The translations under genes were made by a program, and so were the position numbers. This document shows positions 48,788 through 62,282 of a stretch of DNA of 64,000 nt, piece by piece. Under the pieces are notes generated by a model, which made no database searches, had not been told where the DNA came from, and saw nothing but the letters and a program-made list of their open reading frames with translations. This DNA comes from Octopus bimaculoides (lineage: Eukaryota), in NCBI RefSeq assembly GCF_001194135.2, contig NC_068991.1, forward strand, positions 9,409,929 to 9,473,928, in the 5' to 3' direction. Position 1 is the first letter of the stretch, and each line of letters opens with the position of its first letter.

Positions 48788-50810
48788 TTCTGACATAAGC
48801 TCATAAACAATACATTTTACTCTAAATATAATTCTTTAAAAGCTATATTTTATTGATAGCCTGATTAGATTTTAGAATCTTTCAGAATTTTATTGTAAAT
48901 GCTNNNNNNNNNNNNNNNNNNNNNNNNNNNNNNNNNNNNNNNNNNNNNNNNNNNNNNNNNNNNNNNNNNNNNNNNNNNNNNNNNNNNNNNNNNNNNNNNN
49001 NNNNNNNNNNNNNNNNNNNNNNNNNNNNNNNNNNNNNNNNNNNNNNNNNNNNNNNNNNNNNNNNNNNNNNNNNNNNNNNNNNNNNNNNNNNNNNNNNNNN
49101 NNNNNNNNNNNNNNNNNNNNNNNNNNNNNNNNNNNNNNNNNNNNNNNNNNNNNNNNNNNNNNNNNNNNNNNNNNNNNNNNNNNNNNNNNNNNNNNNNNNN
49201 NNNNNNNNNNNNNNNNNNNNNNNNNNNNNNNNNNNNNNNNNNNNNNNNNNNNNNNNNNNNNNNNNNNNNNNNNNNNNNNNNNNNNNNNNNNNNNNNNNNN
49301 NNNNNNNNNNNNNNNNNNNNNNNNNNNNNNNNNNNNNNNNNNNNNNNNNNNNNNNNNNNNNNNNNNNNNNNNNNNNNNNNNNNNNNNNNNNNNNNNNNNN
49401 NNNNNNNNNNNNNNNNNNNNNNNNNNNNNNNNNNNNNNNNNNNNNNNNNNNNNNATATATATATATATATATATATAGGAAGGGCATCCAGCTGTAGAAA
49501 CTCTGCCAAATTAGACTGGAGCCTGGTGTTGCCATCCGGTTTCAACAGTCCTCAGTCAAATCGTCCAACCCATGCTAGCATGGAAAGCGGACGTTAAACG
49601 ATGATGATGATGATATATATACACACATTTTTGTATCTGGTTTGCAAGATTCATTATATGAATTCGTGTGTTAAAGCAAATTTTGTTGTCTGGAGAGAGT
49701 CATATTGTCTTAATGCCTTATTGTCTAACACTCACTGGTTCGATTTCCACTCATTTATTATATTTTTTTTCTTCCAAAATGTTCAACCTTTTGCAACCTT
49801 GTCAGTAGATTTATACACACACACACACACAGGTAGGGTGATTACAAACAAGAAAAATAGAACTCAAAATATGAGTATATGCATATTTTTTTTATTAATA
49901 TTTGGCAGATGCAACAAAGTGACACAGGGGCCAAGTTTTGTGCGTTGGCACTTATATATATAATACGTAAATGTGTATAAATATATAATGTATGTATTTG
50001 TGCGTGTATAGAGAAAGCTTAATCACGTATACACACACACAGATACTTGTGTGCATGTATGAAGGGGAAATAATTCACTTCCTACGTTATAATAGTCTCT
50101 AGTTCTCGCAACCCCTCTCCTTCTTCCTCTCTCTCCACTATTATTCCCATCTGTTTATTCATAATTTTGTATTGAATTTTTCACTGGCAAATAATAAAAT
50201 TGCGTCTTCTCGTTCTCGCGCGATTCTGTGTATACNNNNNNNNNNNNNNNNNNNNNNNNNNNNNNNNNNNNNNNNNNNNNNNNNNNNNNNNNNNNNNNNN
50301 NNNNNNNNNNNNNNNNNNNNNNNNNNNNNNNNNNNNNNNNNNNNNNNNNNNNNNNNNNNNNNNNNNNNNNNNNNNNNNNNNNNNNNNNNNNNNNNNNNNN
50401 NNNNNNNNNNNNNNNNNNNNNNNNNNNNNNNNNNNNNNNNNNNNNNNNNNNNNNNNNNNNNNNNNNNNNNNNNNNNNNNNNNNNNNNNNNNNNNNNNNNN
50501 NNNNNNNNNNNNNNNNNNNNNNNNNNNNNNNNNNNNNNNNNNNNNNNNNNNNNNNNNNNNNNNNNNNNNNNNNNNNNNNNNNNNNNNNNNNNNNNNNNNN
50601 NNNNNNNNNNNNNNNNNNNNNNNNNNNNNNNNNNNNNNNNNNNNNNNNNNNNNNNNNNNNNNNNNNNNNNNNNNNNNNNNNNNNNNNNNNNNNNNNNNNN
50701 NNNNNNNNNNNNNNNNNNNNNNNNNNNNNNNNNNNNNNNNNNNNNNNNNNNNNNNNNNNNNNNNTGTAAATTAATTAGTTCAAAACAAGTTATAGATAAA
50801 TCGTTATTCT

Positions 50811-50856
<46 letters not shown>

Positions 50857-52329
50857 CAAAGTAGCTGGTTAGAGAATCTGTATTATATATATATAGGTGT
50901 TTTTTGTACTTTTTGAATTTGTCAAATGTATGTTTTTCAGTTACGTATAAACATAAGTGCATAATGAAAATTGAAATAGAAACTCTATGAGATCAGATAG
51001 ATAGATATACTCTTCGTTCATTGAATATTTTAGTCATAAAGCATGGATGTCTTTAACCAGTAGGGCATTCACTGTATTAACAGAAGCAAAAATAAAGTTA
51101 GCCCTCATTCTGGATTACGAATTCAAAGTACAAAAGCATTCGTCCCTGCTTCTGACTAATAAGCTTGTTAGTCGAAGATGGGACATGGCTACAGAATGAT
51201 CTTACTGCATAACATGTTGATCTCATCCATACCAAGCTTGAATATAGAACTCTGTGTAAAAATTTGAAAATATATACTCCATGCTTATTTATCAAGTCAG
51301 TCAAAATTTAACATCTGTTGGGTGGAAATGGTGTATGTATGTATGTGTGTGTGTGTGTGTGTGTGTACTAACTGGCTTTGAAGCTTAGACACCATGAATC
51401 GACTGTCGATAGCTTTGGACAGTTTGTTCTAATGGTGGGTGGTGACCGCCCCGCCCCAGTTCGACAAGGTTATACACAGCTATCGCTCATGGTAGTTGTG
51501 TGTGTGTAGCTACACAGACACGCACATTGGTAAATGTATCTTTATATGTATTAAGGTTTGATAATTTTTTTTTATTTTTTAAAATGACTAGTATTGACTG
51601 GCTGAAGTATTTTGTCAATAAATGCTTTGCTTTCTGCATGGAGATACTGCTCATTGAAACCCACCTTTCATGGTGTGTCTCGTTCTTGTATTATCACAAA
51701 TATCTCTCGCTGTGTCTGTCTTTATATACATTTCCATTCTCTCTCTCTCTCACTCACTCACTCACTCACTCACTCACACACACACACACACAGTGCATAA
51801 GATGTTCTCCCCCACCAACTCAAATGTAATCTACGTGTGCAGTCGTGACGTCATCACGGTTGTGTGTATATATATATGTGTGACATCCGTTTGTTTCTTT
51901 CGATTGTAAAATACTTACCCTTTCGCTGATTGCCGAGTCCTCGTCTGGTCTCAGTTTACCCCACCATCCACCCATTCACCTACCATCCCATTCCAACCGC
52001 ATTTGGCCCCTTTTGAGTCTATTACAGAGGCGAGATGTAGTCAGTCTCTATTGCTAGGTTAATCTCGGAATTACCATCTCGTGGAATTCGGATTAAATAG
52101 CCAGAGCCAGACTACTATAATATCGTAGTTTACTTTTTTTATTTTTATCTCGTGTATAAGAAGTTACTTCGTACTACTGTTGTAGATAATTATTTCTAGT
52201 AAAATACACTTTAAAGGCCATTGAGTCACGGTGATGATAAAGTACCAGTAATATTTTGAGCTGTCATCTGTCTATTCTTCACAAAAGTTACTCTGCGTTC
52301 TTGAATATTTAAACATATGCCAGTTAGAT

Positions 52330-52530
52330 TGTTGTTGTTTCATCCCCAAGTTAACCCTGATCGAGCAGACATGTGATCAGAGACATTCCAGCTGTGACCA
52401 TCCCCCCTTTTTTTTTTTTTTATATTGTACATACTGTCCATTGCACCCCTCTTTTCGTTTTAGCGGTTTTGGCTAGGCTGCTATTTCTAGCAGGCCGACC
52501 AACTACGTAAAGGCTCAGAGCCTCGTTGAC
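52330..52530 (+). mobile_element. Repeat family E (ccctgatcgagcagac..gacattccag..gctatttctagcagg)
   Basis: Same motifs at about 19520-19700, 27260-27370, 35910-36090, 40530-40640, 53385-53600, 62410-62460. Probably an old SINE. Confidence 0.65.
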
Positions 52531-54374
52531 ATTGTCTTGTTTTAGGTCATACCTATTTACATATGATAGGTATTTAAGCCAGCTCTGCTTTTCAGATATG
52601 TGGGGGAGTGTTTACTTAGGAGATCCATTTGTTGCGTACTTGCTAATAATATGCAGGTCTCCGTTTTCTGACTCTTGTTTGTAATTTTTCTTATATTTTG
52701 TTACTTTTACCTGCGTGTGCATACTTGTATACACACATCCGTACCTAGCCAGACTTTTACGTGCACATGCACTTACACACACTACACAAGCGCGCACGCG
52801 TCTATATAGATTCTATAGAAAGCATTTTGGCATACGCAGAAAGATAATGTAGTTGAAAGCTTTGTATAGAAAGATGTATGTGCGAGGTTTGCATTGCCAG
52901 ATGTTGTTTCTATAAGTAATAAACTGCTCGTAAAGAATCCCTCACAAAATCTACAGCAGGGATCAGAAAAAAAGTTTTTATTTAACATTTTCTAATACCC
53001 AGCTATCTTCTAGTTCTGTTCGAAATTAGCTTAAATTAACAGGTGTAAATTTTTGATAGCAGCAGCTGGTAAGTTGGCAAATATCTTGCCAACTTAAGGG
53101 GAAAGCCGTTTGTAAACTTGCAAGTAGATATTTAGTTACTGCTGTTCACTGCTGCAAAAGTTATTAGAATTATATAGCGAAGGGTTCTGTCAACTTACAG
53201 CGAGTACTGTGAGAGCTTGAAATTACAATAGGAGAGAATTACTCTAGTATTAAACCCCACCTTCACCAGTGAACACTCCTAATTGTCTTTATCATGCTCC
53301 GCTTTGGTTAGGGAGTTTCTTCATATAATGGCAATTCCATCTCAAATAAACTCAAGTCTATTGCTATCAACTGGTTATCTTATTCAGCAGCAAGGGATAG
53401 TTTAACTTGACCCTAATCTACCACAACTACGATCAAAGATGTTACACTTGTGACCATTTGGCCATAGTGTGTCCATTATCCAGTGTGCTCCCCTTTTTTT
53501 ATGATAGTGTTTTGAGGGAGATTTGTTTGCCATTTTTTCCTAATCAAACTAGACAGAGACTCTCGTTTTGATATTGTCCAAGGCCATATTATGCATCCTA
53601 CTTAAAATGTAGATTCTTTACTAACAGGTTTTCTTTCCTTTTCAATGTATTTTGATTCTCCAAATATCTTTAGTGCACTTTCTCAATCTTATCCAACCAG
53701 TTTTTCTTTTTTGTCTTAAGAGTTGGGTAGAAACTGTAAAGTGCTATTTTAGCTTTTAGGTGAAAGGGTAAAGACCCCTTCCGGTCATGAATGACCATGG
53801 GATTGCATCTAGAAAGTTCCCCTCCAAGGCACAAGTCCAGGCAAGGTTGTTTGTGGAAGATCAGCTGTCACCCATGCATACCAGTCTCACTTCTCCATGC
53901 TTCCGATGTTATCCAAGGGGAAGGCAACTGCTGATACAGCTTGGCATCAGCGGTATTGCAACTCATCTCTACAGCTGAGTGAACTGGAGCAATGTGAAAT
54001 AAAGTGTCTTGCTCAAGAACACAACACACAGCCTGGTCTGGGAATTGAACTCACTACCTCATTATTGTGAGCCTGACACTCTAACCACTGAGTCATGTGC
54101 TTAAAGCTGGTGTTAACATATCTAATGCAAGCACAAGTACATTAACAAATATCTAACTAGAAATTGTGGTGAGGTAGTCCAAGGTTTTCATTTTAAAAAT
54201 GTGTGGCCATTGTTCCATTATAAGAGTTTATTTCAGTTGTTACTACACAAGGGTTTAAAAATACATTGAAATGCTTAAAAATGTAAATGTTTCTCATAAT
54301 GAAGTAACAGTTTAAATTTTGAAGTTTTTATTTTTATTTATTTGCAATATTTGGTTATTTAACAGTTGGAGGTA

Positions 54375-55150
54375 TCCAGAGTGTTCATGCTAAATTTGAC
54401 AGCTTGCCTAAATAGGAAAGAAAACACAATGTCTCATCCAAAAAGAAAAGTATTTTAATAAAAAAAAAAAAAAGAAAGAACCAACTAGATTATGGCTGGG
54501 AGATAACAGTTTACTCAAAGTAGCACCCTCAGCTTCTACTATGGCTTCAAGACAGCTCCAGAACTTGGCATATAAATTCTTCTGTCTCTGAGAAGATCCT
54601 TGAACACCTTGATCTGGCCCATTTCTTGACATTGGGGTTTCAGGTAGAGTATTTGGTATTTTCTCAACTGCGTCCTATGCATAGGAATCCATAGGATTAC
54701 AGTTGGGGGAGAGGCCAGAAATTGGGGCTAGTGAAGTTGCAGGAGTTCTCTGATAACCACTTCCAACCTCTTTCCAGAGGTATGGCAAGAGGCCAAATCC
54801 TGCTGCCATACATATGGCTTTCCAGCAACAACTTTCTCTGGCCAGGGTTTGACCCAGTCTCTAACAGCTTCACATAATCATCTGAATTAAGCCTGTTCAA
54901 AGATATGAGGATAAATTCTGGTGTGCAGACGACAGTCAGAGCGCCTGCTGTATTCCTTCTGGTTGGCCATGGCTTTGTAGTCTCCATTGCAGCTGTCCAT
55001 ACGACGTCTTACAGTGTTCACAGAGCATTGAAGCACTCGTCAGGATGTCAACATTTTAATACCCAGTGCGAATCCTCGTGACACAGGCAACTTTTTTCAA
55101 ATATTCAAATGGCTTCCGGTCCTCAATGGCAGCTAACTTTTTCTCAACTA
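54375..55150 (-). mobile_element. Tc1/mariner-superfamily transposase remnant
   Basis: FTSPNFWP.. (WPxxSPDxNP-like) and C-terminal FWSCLEAIVEAEG resemble DDD/E transposase ends. Frameshifted. Confidence 0.75.
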
Positions 55151-55159
55151 CAACTTTAA

Positions 55160-55380
55160 CCCTTTAGCGTTCACATTATTCTACCAAAATTAATGCTTTT
55201 TCATCCACATTGTTTTGAACTAATCATGCATTATCTTGTAGCTATGAGATTTCGATGAGGTAGCTGTTAATTTTTAAAACAATATTGTAGGGTTGGTGTG
55301 AGAGACCAGATCTGGCCAGTTTGAACATAAAACAGGCAGAATACTTTTGGCCGGATATGGCCAGTTTAAATACTAAAGGG
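55160..55380. mobile_element. Non-autonomous piggyBac-like MITE
   Basis: TTAA-ccctttag ... ctaaaggg-TTAA termini. Confidence 0.85.
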
Positions 55381-57833
55381 TTAATCTTTGTTCTCCAATG
55401 CCATTGACTGTTCACCAAACACATCAAGCTGTTCTTGGAAAAAAAGGAGACATAAAAATAAATCTTTGAATTTAGTCCAATCATCTTGTATTTTTTACTA
55501 CCCATCTTTAAATTTCAATGTCAAATACTCATAAAAATTTGTGAGTTGTATGAAAGGAAAAAGTTAATTTTGTTCAAATTAAATCCATTACATAAATTTC
55601 TATTGAAAAATAGGGGACTAGTGTATTGGTTCTGATTGTGAAATCAAGGTCCTTCATTCTCAACAATTGGCATGAGGTTACTTGCCAACACTCTTTGGCA
55701 TATTGTCTCTTTAACCCTGTTTCTTCAGCAGCTATTACAATGTTTTCTGCTTCACAGTGCTGGCTGGTCTTGTGCTACCTCAACTTTGGTTCATTTGATT
55801 TCATCACCCATTATTGCACCTCCCTCCAGATCCCCAACTTTTAATCAAATTGTTTGCAGTGTCTCCTTTCCAGAACATCATCCTTTTGGAATTACATTTA
55901 GAAGTTTTGATACACTAACAGTTTTATATGTAATTTACATATATGTAATTAATGCATTCCTGGTTATTAACTAGCTAACTAATGAACTTATCAGTTAACC
56001 AACCCAAAGTAAAATATAGATTATCAATTTCCTTGTATGGTTTTATTAAAAGTTAACTGTTTTCTTGGATGGTCTATAGAGGTCATGGGTACAGAGCCCT
56101 TCCTTCAGACCAAAACCGTGAGAAAAAATGTTGCAGTATTGTTTTCAGTTACCTCACCAAATATCTTTATTGCTTAATCCTCTCTCAATAAATCATCATC
56201 ATCATCGTTTAATGTCCGTTTTCCATGCTAGCATGGGTTGGACAGTTCAACTGGGGTCTGGGAAGCCAGGGGGCTGCACCAGGCTCCAGTTTGATCTGGC
56301 AGTGTTTCTACAGCTGGATGCCCTTCCTAATGCCAACCACTCCCTGAGTGTAGTGGATGCTTTTTACGGGCCAGAGGAGGCTGGCAACGGCCATGATCGG
56401 TTGGTGCTTTTTACGTGTCACCGGCACGGGTATCACAGCTACAATTTCCATTTGATTTTCATTTTGATGTTGATGTACTTGACTCAATAGGTTTCCTCAA
56501 GCACAGCAGGTCACNNNNNNNNNNNNNNNNNNNNNNNNNNNNNNNNNNNNNNNNNNNNNNNNNNNNNNNNNNNNNNNNNNNNNNNNNNNNNNNNNNNNNN
56601 NNNNNNNNNNNNNNNNNNNNNNNNNNNNNNNNNNNNNNNNNNNNNNNNNNNNNNNNNNNNNNNNNNNNNNNNNNNNNNNNNNNNNNNNNNNNNNNNNNNN
56701 NNNNNNNNNNNNNNNNNNNNNNNNNNNNNNNNNNNNNNNNNNNNNNNNNNNNNNNNNNNNNNNNNNTTTTTTTTTTTTTTGTCTTTGACAATTATTTTGG
56801 AATTTTTAAATTTATTTTTTATGGCATTAATATTCTTCTTCTCCCCTCAGTCTATATCATTGAGAAATATGAAATGTGTCACTGAAAAGCTATTACAATT
56901 CTGAAAACAATATTATTAGTATTAAATAGCAATTTTTATCCATTAAAATTGTTACTTTTCAATCTGAAAGTAGATGAGGTATCTTAATTACAACTTCTAT
57001 TGTGGTTGCTATTAGATGTTGGCATTGTAACTACCAATTCTTCTCTGTATATCAAATCTTTACTGGAATTTCGCCTGCAATTTTGCTAATCCTTGCTGAT
57101 GATCTGAAGGTTTGTACATATTTTCTGGCTTGGAGAGTTCATCATTATAACAATCTTCTGCTTTTTCTCATATGGATACAGTTTTGCTCAAAGGATACTT
57201 TACTGAAAAACGGATGTTTTCTTCTGTTCTGAGGATACATTTACCATTCCATGGATGTACCTGTTGATCAGTGTCACTTTACTAAAGCCATCTTAAACCT
57301 CTCATGGATATTTCACTCTGTTTTGGATTTTAAAGTCAGGTTTGTTATTTGTAATAAACTGTTGACATTGGAATGTCATCTGGAGACCATTGTCAACTTT
57401 GTTACAGCATATTTTATTTATACCATCTGTTTGTTTATTATATGTACCTCTGCAAAAACTTATTTTCATTGTAGTGATACAGTTTTCTGCTTCACCCCTG
57501 TTGGAAAAAAAAATTTTTTAAATTTAAAAGTTTGCTGCTAACTGGAAAAGATGAAACATTTTCAAAAGCTGCTACACATACATTTCATTAGTGTTTCCAT
57601 TGAATCTTTGTTTAAACACAATAGAAAGTTTCTCATTTCCCTTGGAGATAAAAATTGGTTTGCTTCTTTCTTGTCACCTATTGTCTCTTTAGTTCCAGAG
57701 CTTTGTTTTAAATTATTTTCCAAAGAAATTGGTGATATACACAACATTTTTTACAATGTAGATTTATTAGAAAAGAAAATTGAATAGGTGTGCATTTTAG
57801 GTTAGTGAGGGTGCAAGCTTTGATAATGGGAGC

Positions 57834-58198
57834 TGGCACTCCGTCGCTTACGACGATGAGTTTCAGTTGATCCGATCAACGGAACAGCCTGCTCGTGAAA
57901 TTAACGTGCAAGTGGCTGAGCACTCCACAGACACGTGTACCCATAACGTAGTTCTCTGGGATATTGAGCATGACACTGTGACAAGGCTGACCCTTCGAAT
58001 TAAAGGCACAACAGAAACAGGAAGTAAGAGTGAGAGAAAGTTGTGGTGAAAGAGTACAGCAGGGTTCGCCACCATCCCCTGCCGGAGCTTTAGGTGTTTT
58101 CGCTCAATAAACGCTCACAACACCCGGTCTGGGAATCGAAACTGCGATCCTATGACTGCGAGTCCACTGCCCTAACCACTGGGCCATTGTGCCTCCAC
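57834..58198 (-). mobile_element. SINE family D with 12-bp TSD (1 mismatch)
   Basis: TSD gataatgggagc (57822-57833) / gataatgagagc (58199-58210). Other copies at 3813-4131(-), 33146-33272(-), about 34800-35125(+, old). Confidence 0.9.
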
Positions 58199-58269
58199 GA
58201 TAATGAGAGCATGTACAAAGGCTGGAAAATAATAATGCAAGATATAAGTTGTGTGTTTGTGTGAATGAT

Positions 58270-58500
58270 GGATTTAGATGTAATATACAAGAAGACTGAG
58301 CTGGTATGGATGTGTGATGGTTATGGAGTTTGATGAAGTCGGGTAAAGTGCTAAGTAGTCCAACTTCGAGAAACGTAAGAGGAAGACATGGGCAAACATA
58401 GTGAAAGCTGATCTTAGAATTGTGGAAAGGAGATGAGTGACCGCAAGTGGTGAGACATGGTGCTGGAGAAACCTATGCAAACATGGGAAAGTAGATGTAA
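58270..58500 (+). mobile_element. Degenerate RTE LINE 3' fragment
   Basis: Similar to 16760-16960 (tggtatggatgtgtgatg..aagacatggg..gatcttagaa). Confidence 0.6.
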
Positions 58501-59662
58501 AATAACTTTTTTTCTTTTGCTAGAAACAATCAGTACCACTGGATAATAGACATTTTGTTTCATATACTAGTTTGGCTTAACTGGTAGGTGAAGATAGTTG
58601 TAGTACTTGATAATCAGTTGAAAGAACAGCTATCTGACTTGTCCACCCATCTATAATTGTGTAATGCAGTATAGGAATAACATGTAAAAAAAAAAATGGC
58701 AGCACTATCAGTTTGACAAGTGTTTAATTTTTTTTTAGTGCTGAGTTGGCTATAGCTCAGTCGGCAGGAGAGTATGGCTGTTAAGCGGATTTGACCTAGA
58801 TATGCCATATGAAAGTAGTCTTTAGTGGTACCTCCATGGATGAATTTATTTCTGGGCACTCTATTTATTCAGTTCTCCTGTAAAACAATCTTTCTGTGAG
58901 AACCTTATAAGTCTGTTTTAATGATAAAACAAATTCTCCAGCCCCAGTTGGTAACAAGGCTTGGTGTGGCTTTCTACTTTGTGCAAGAAACGATTTCGGT
59001 TATTTTTCTTTTAAAGTTAAAAAAAAGATATTTTTAAATGAGTTCTTGAAATCTTGCATTAAAAAAGAAAAAAAAAAACAAAACAAAAACCATCCACAAT
59101 ATGGTGATACACTTTTTTAATGGACTTGATATATTTGATAACAGCCTGTATTTATCAATATCATCAGACCTATTTTACTTTGTTGATGAAAGCAACAACA
59201 TCCCCCCCCCCCCCACTTGATGCTGTAAAATGGATTGTGTTAGTTTGCTTCATGAATTATTCCAGTGTCTCAAAAATCTCTCTGGATAAATCCGTTTGAT
59301 TGGCTTGCTTAATCTCTGCTGTTAGACAGAAATTTCCTATACAAGTTCTCAAAAGACCTACCATTTCACTTTCAAGTGCTTGCTTTAGCATGATGACGAC
59401 ATTCAAGTGTTGGCAATATGTTAACATGACTTTTTATTTGTCATCTGTTGCTCACAGACAAATCATGACATAGGAGTGTCAATTCCTCCAACTGCTTTTC
59501 TTCATCTCTCTGTCGAACCATGATCATCATTCAACACCCGTATTCTATGTGATGAGAATATTTAACTGAATGTGTCTGAAAATATTATCAGCCATCTTGA
59601 AGTAGCTGGTTAAATACAATTTAAGAACATGCTTTACAAGCTTACATTATCATATATGTATA

Positions 59663-59706
<44 letters not shown>

Positions 59707-59730
<24 letters not shown>

Positions 59731-60090
59731 GCTGTGTGGTAAGAAGCTTGCTTCCCAAAACCACATGGTTCTGGGTTCAGTCCCACTGCGTGGCACCTTG
59801 GGCAAGTGTCTACTGTAGCCTCAGGCTGATCAAAGCCTTGAGAGTAGATTTGTTAGATGGAAACTGAAAGAAGCCTGTCGTGTATGTGTGTGTGTTTATC
59901 CACCCTCCACTGCTTGACAATTGGTGTTGCTGTGTTTAGGTCCCCGTACTTTAGCGGTTTGGCAAAGAGACCAATAGAATAAATACTGAGTTTAAAAAAA
60001 AACAAGTCCTGGGGTTGATTTGTTCAACTGAAATCCTTCAGTGTGGTGCTCTGGCATGGCTGCAGTCAAATGACTGAGACAAGTAAAAGA
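59707..60090 (+). mobile_element. SINE family B, diverged copy
   Basis: Similar to 20118-20520. 5'-half-only copies at about 6283-6392, 13294-13455, 30070-30215, 48297-48455, 60120-60297, 61310-61420, 63115-63270, 63705-63822. Confidence 0.82.
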
Positions 60091-62062
60091 ATATATATTC
60101 ACAGAAACACACACATATGGTGGGCTTCTTTCAGTTTCCATGTACTGCATCCATTCACAACTCTTTGGTCAGCCCAGATCTATACAAAAAAATACTCCAT
60201 AAGCATAACACTTGCCCCTGTTACCACACAAAAGAACTGAACCCTAGACCACATGGTTAGGAAGCAAGCTTCTTACCCACACAACCATGCCCGTGCCTAT
60301 AGAATTAATTGAAAGAAAAATTTCCTTCTGAATCAGTTTTGCAATCTACTTCACTTAAATTTGATTACAGTATATTACTAATTATAGACCAGCTTCTGTT
60401 TAAAACTATAATAGCTTATTTTTGTTAAAGAACATTTTTTTTTCTTTCAATTCTTTTCTCGTGATTTACTAAGTGAAATGTAAGAAAAATGGCACTTATG
60501 TAAAATAGATTTTTCTATGAAATCAATTATTTACAATATCTAGTCTATCTTAGTCTGATACTAAACAAATTATTTGGTTAGATAGTAATTGCTACGGTTA
60601 AGATAGCTTTCTAAATATTGAATTGTCTGCAGAATTGGCATTTTCTGCAATGTTGTTAGTCAGCACTCTAAGATAGGGTTATGACACACACACACACACA
60701 CACACACACAGGGTAGGCTATAAGTTGCATAAGAGTTGAATTGATCAATACATTTAAACTTTGTAATAAACACAATTATAAAGACTTTATTGAATTTTTA
60801 ACTGCTAGCCAACTTGTGGCCCAGTTAGTGTGTGTGTGTGTGTGTGTGTGTGTATGTATTATCATTTAACCTCCGTTTTCCATGCTGGCATGGGTTGGAC
60901 AGTTTGATAGGAGCTGGAGAGCTGCCTGGGCTCCATTCGTCTGTTTTGGCATGGTTTCTATGACTGAATGACCTTCCTAACACCAACTACTTTGCAGAGT
61001 GTACTGGGTGCTTTAAATGTGGCACCACCACTGGCACTTTATGTGGCACAGGTGCTTTTATGCAGCATCTGCTGGGGGTGCTTTTATTCAGAATCTACTG
61101 GGGAACTTTTACGCAGCAATTGCAGGAGCACTATTATGTGGCAGCTTTTACAGGACACTGGCATGGGATCGTTTATGTGGCACCGGCATGGGTGCTTTTA
61201 TGGCATGTGCTGGTACGGGAATGAACATTGCTTGTATGACAGTAATCTTTATTTACAACCATCATGTCAAAACGTGGGTACACACACACACACACTGGAC
61301 TTCTTCCAATTCCAGTCTACTAAATCCGTTCACAAGGTTTCGCTTTTCCTCGGGCTATTGTAGGAGACCCTTGCCCAAGGTGCCACATACTTAGGAAGCA
61401 CGCTTCTTAACCACACAAGCTCTGACAGTCGAGATCTTTCCTCAGGTTTTACAAATCAGTACATGCAGACGAATCCTTACTTTACCAATGCATGTTTTTC
61501 AACTGTTATTGCTTCCCCTATTCATTCCCTCTTACCACGCATAAAAATTCCTACCTCTTGTAGAGTAAATAGTATTAAAAAAAAGGTTAGAAAAAAAAAG
61601 CTAAAAGTAAATTTCGTCAAAATCTGAATTGAATACCATTGTATTGACATTACAGTTGGCAGCAATTAAGTAATCTACACTTTGGCTACTTTGACATGGA
61701 TTTCAATAGAAATCTTGTCAGCTCATTATGTTAATGGAATCTTTTCCTCCACTATTTTAACTAAATTTTGAAAGAAAAGTGCCTACCTCTGCTAGATAGT
61801 TTCTATCTATAGCCTATATGTTAAGCTGCATTCTCTTTACTTTATGCCATTGTTCAAGACTTGCTTTTTTTTTTTCCTTTTATAGGCTTCTTTACTTCAT
61901 CAGCTACCTCCATTATTATGCTGGTTTCGAATAGCCTTCATTGCTGACTACCATAAATGCTTTGTAATCAACTACACTTTATTCCGTTCCCTCCACTTCA
62001 CTGATCCTCAGAGCTCTCATTTTCTCATTCATGAGAAATGAGGACAGCTAAGATTTAATTAA

Positions 62063-62282
62063 CCCTTTAGCAGTTGAACTAGCTATATCTGGCCAAAATG
62101 TTCTATCTGCTTTATGTTCAAACTGGCCAGATCCAGTCTTTCATACCCACCCTATAATGTCATTCTAAAAATAAACAGTCGCATCATTGAAATCTCAAAG
62201 CTTTGAGATTATGCTTGATTAATTCAAAACAATATGAATAAAAAAGCATTACATTCGACAGAGTAACCTGAATGTTAAGAGG
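62063..62282. mobile_element. Second copy of the piggyBac-like MITE, opposite orientation
   Basis: TTAA-ccctttagc left end. Body is the reverse complement of 55160-55380. Right end decayed. Confidence 0.8.

Noticed and set aside
51911-51925. ATACTTACC resembling the U1 snRNA 5' end
   Set aside because: The following sequence is not U1. It is better read as a minus-strand donor.
57000-59600. Coding-looking minus-strand stretches (57000-57790, 59300-59600)
   Set aside because: Multiple stops and no identifiable motif. Probably ancient DNA-transposon debris, not assignable.
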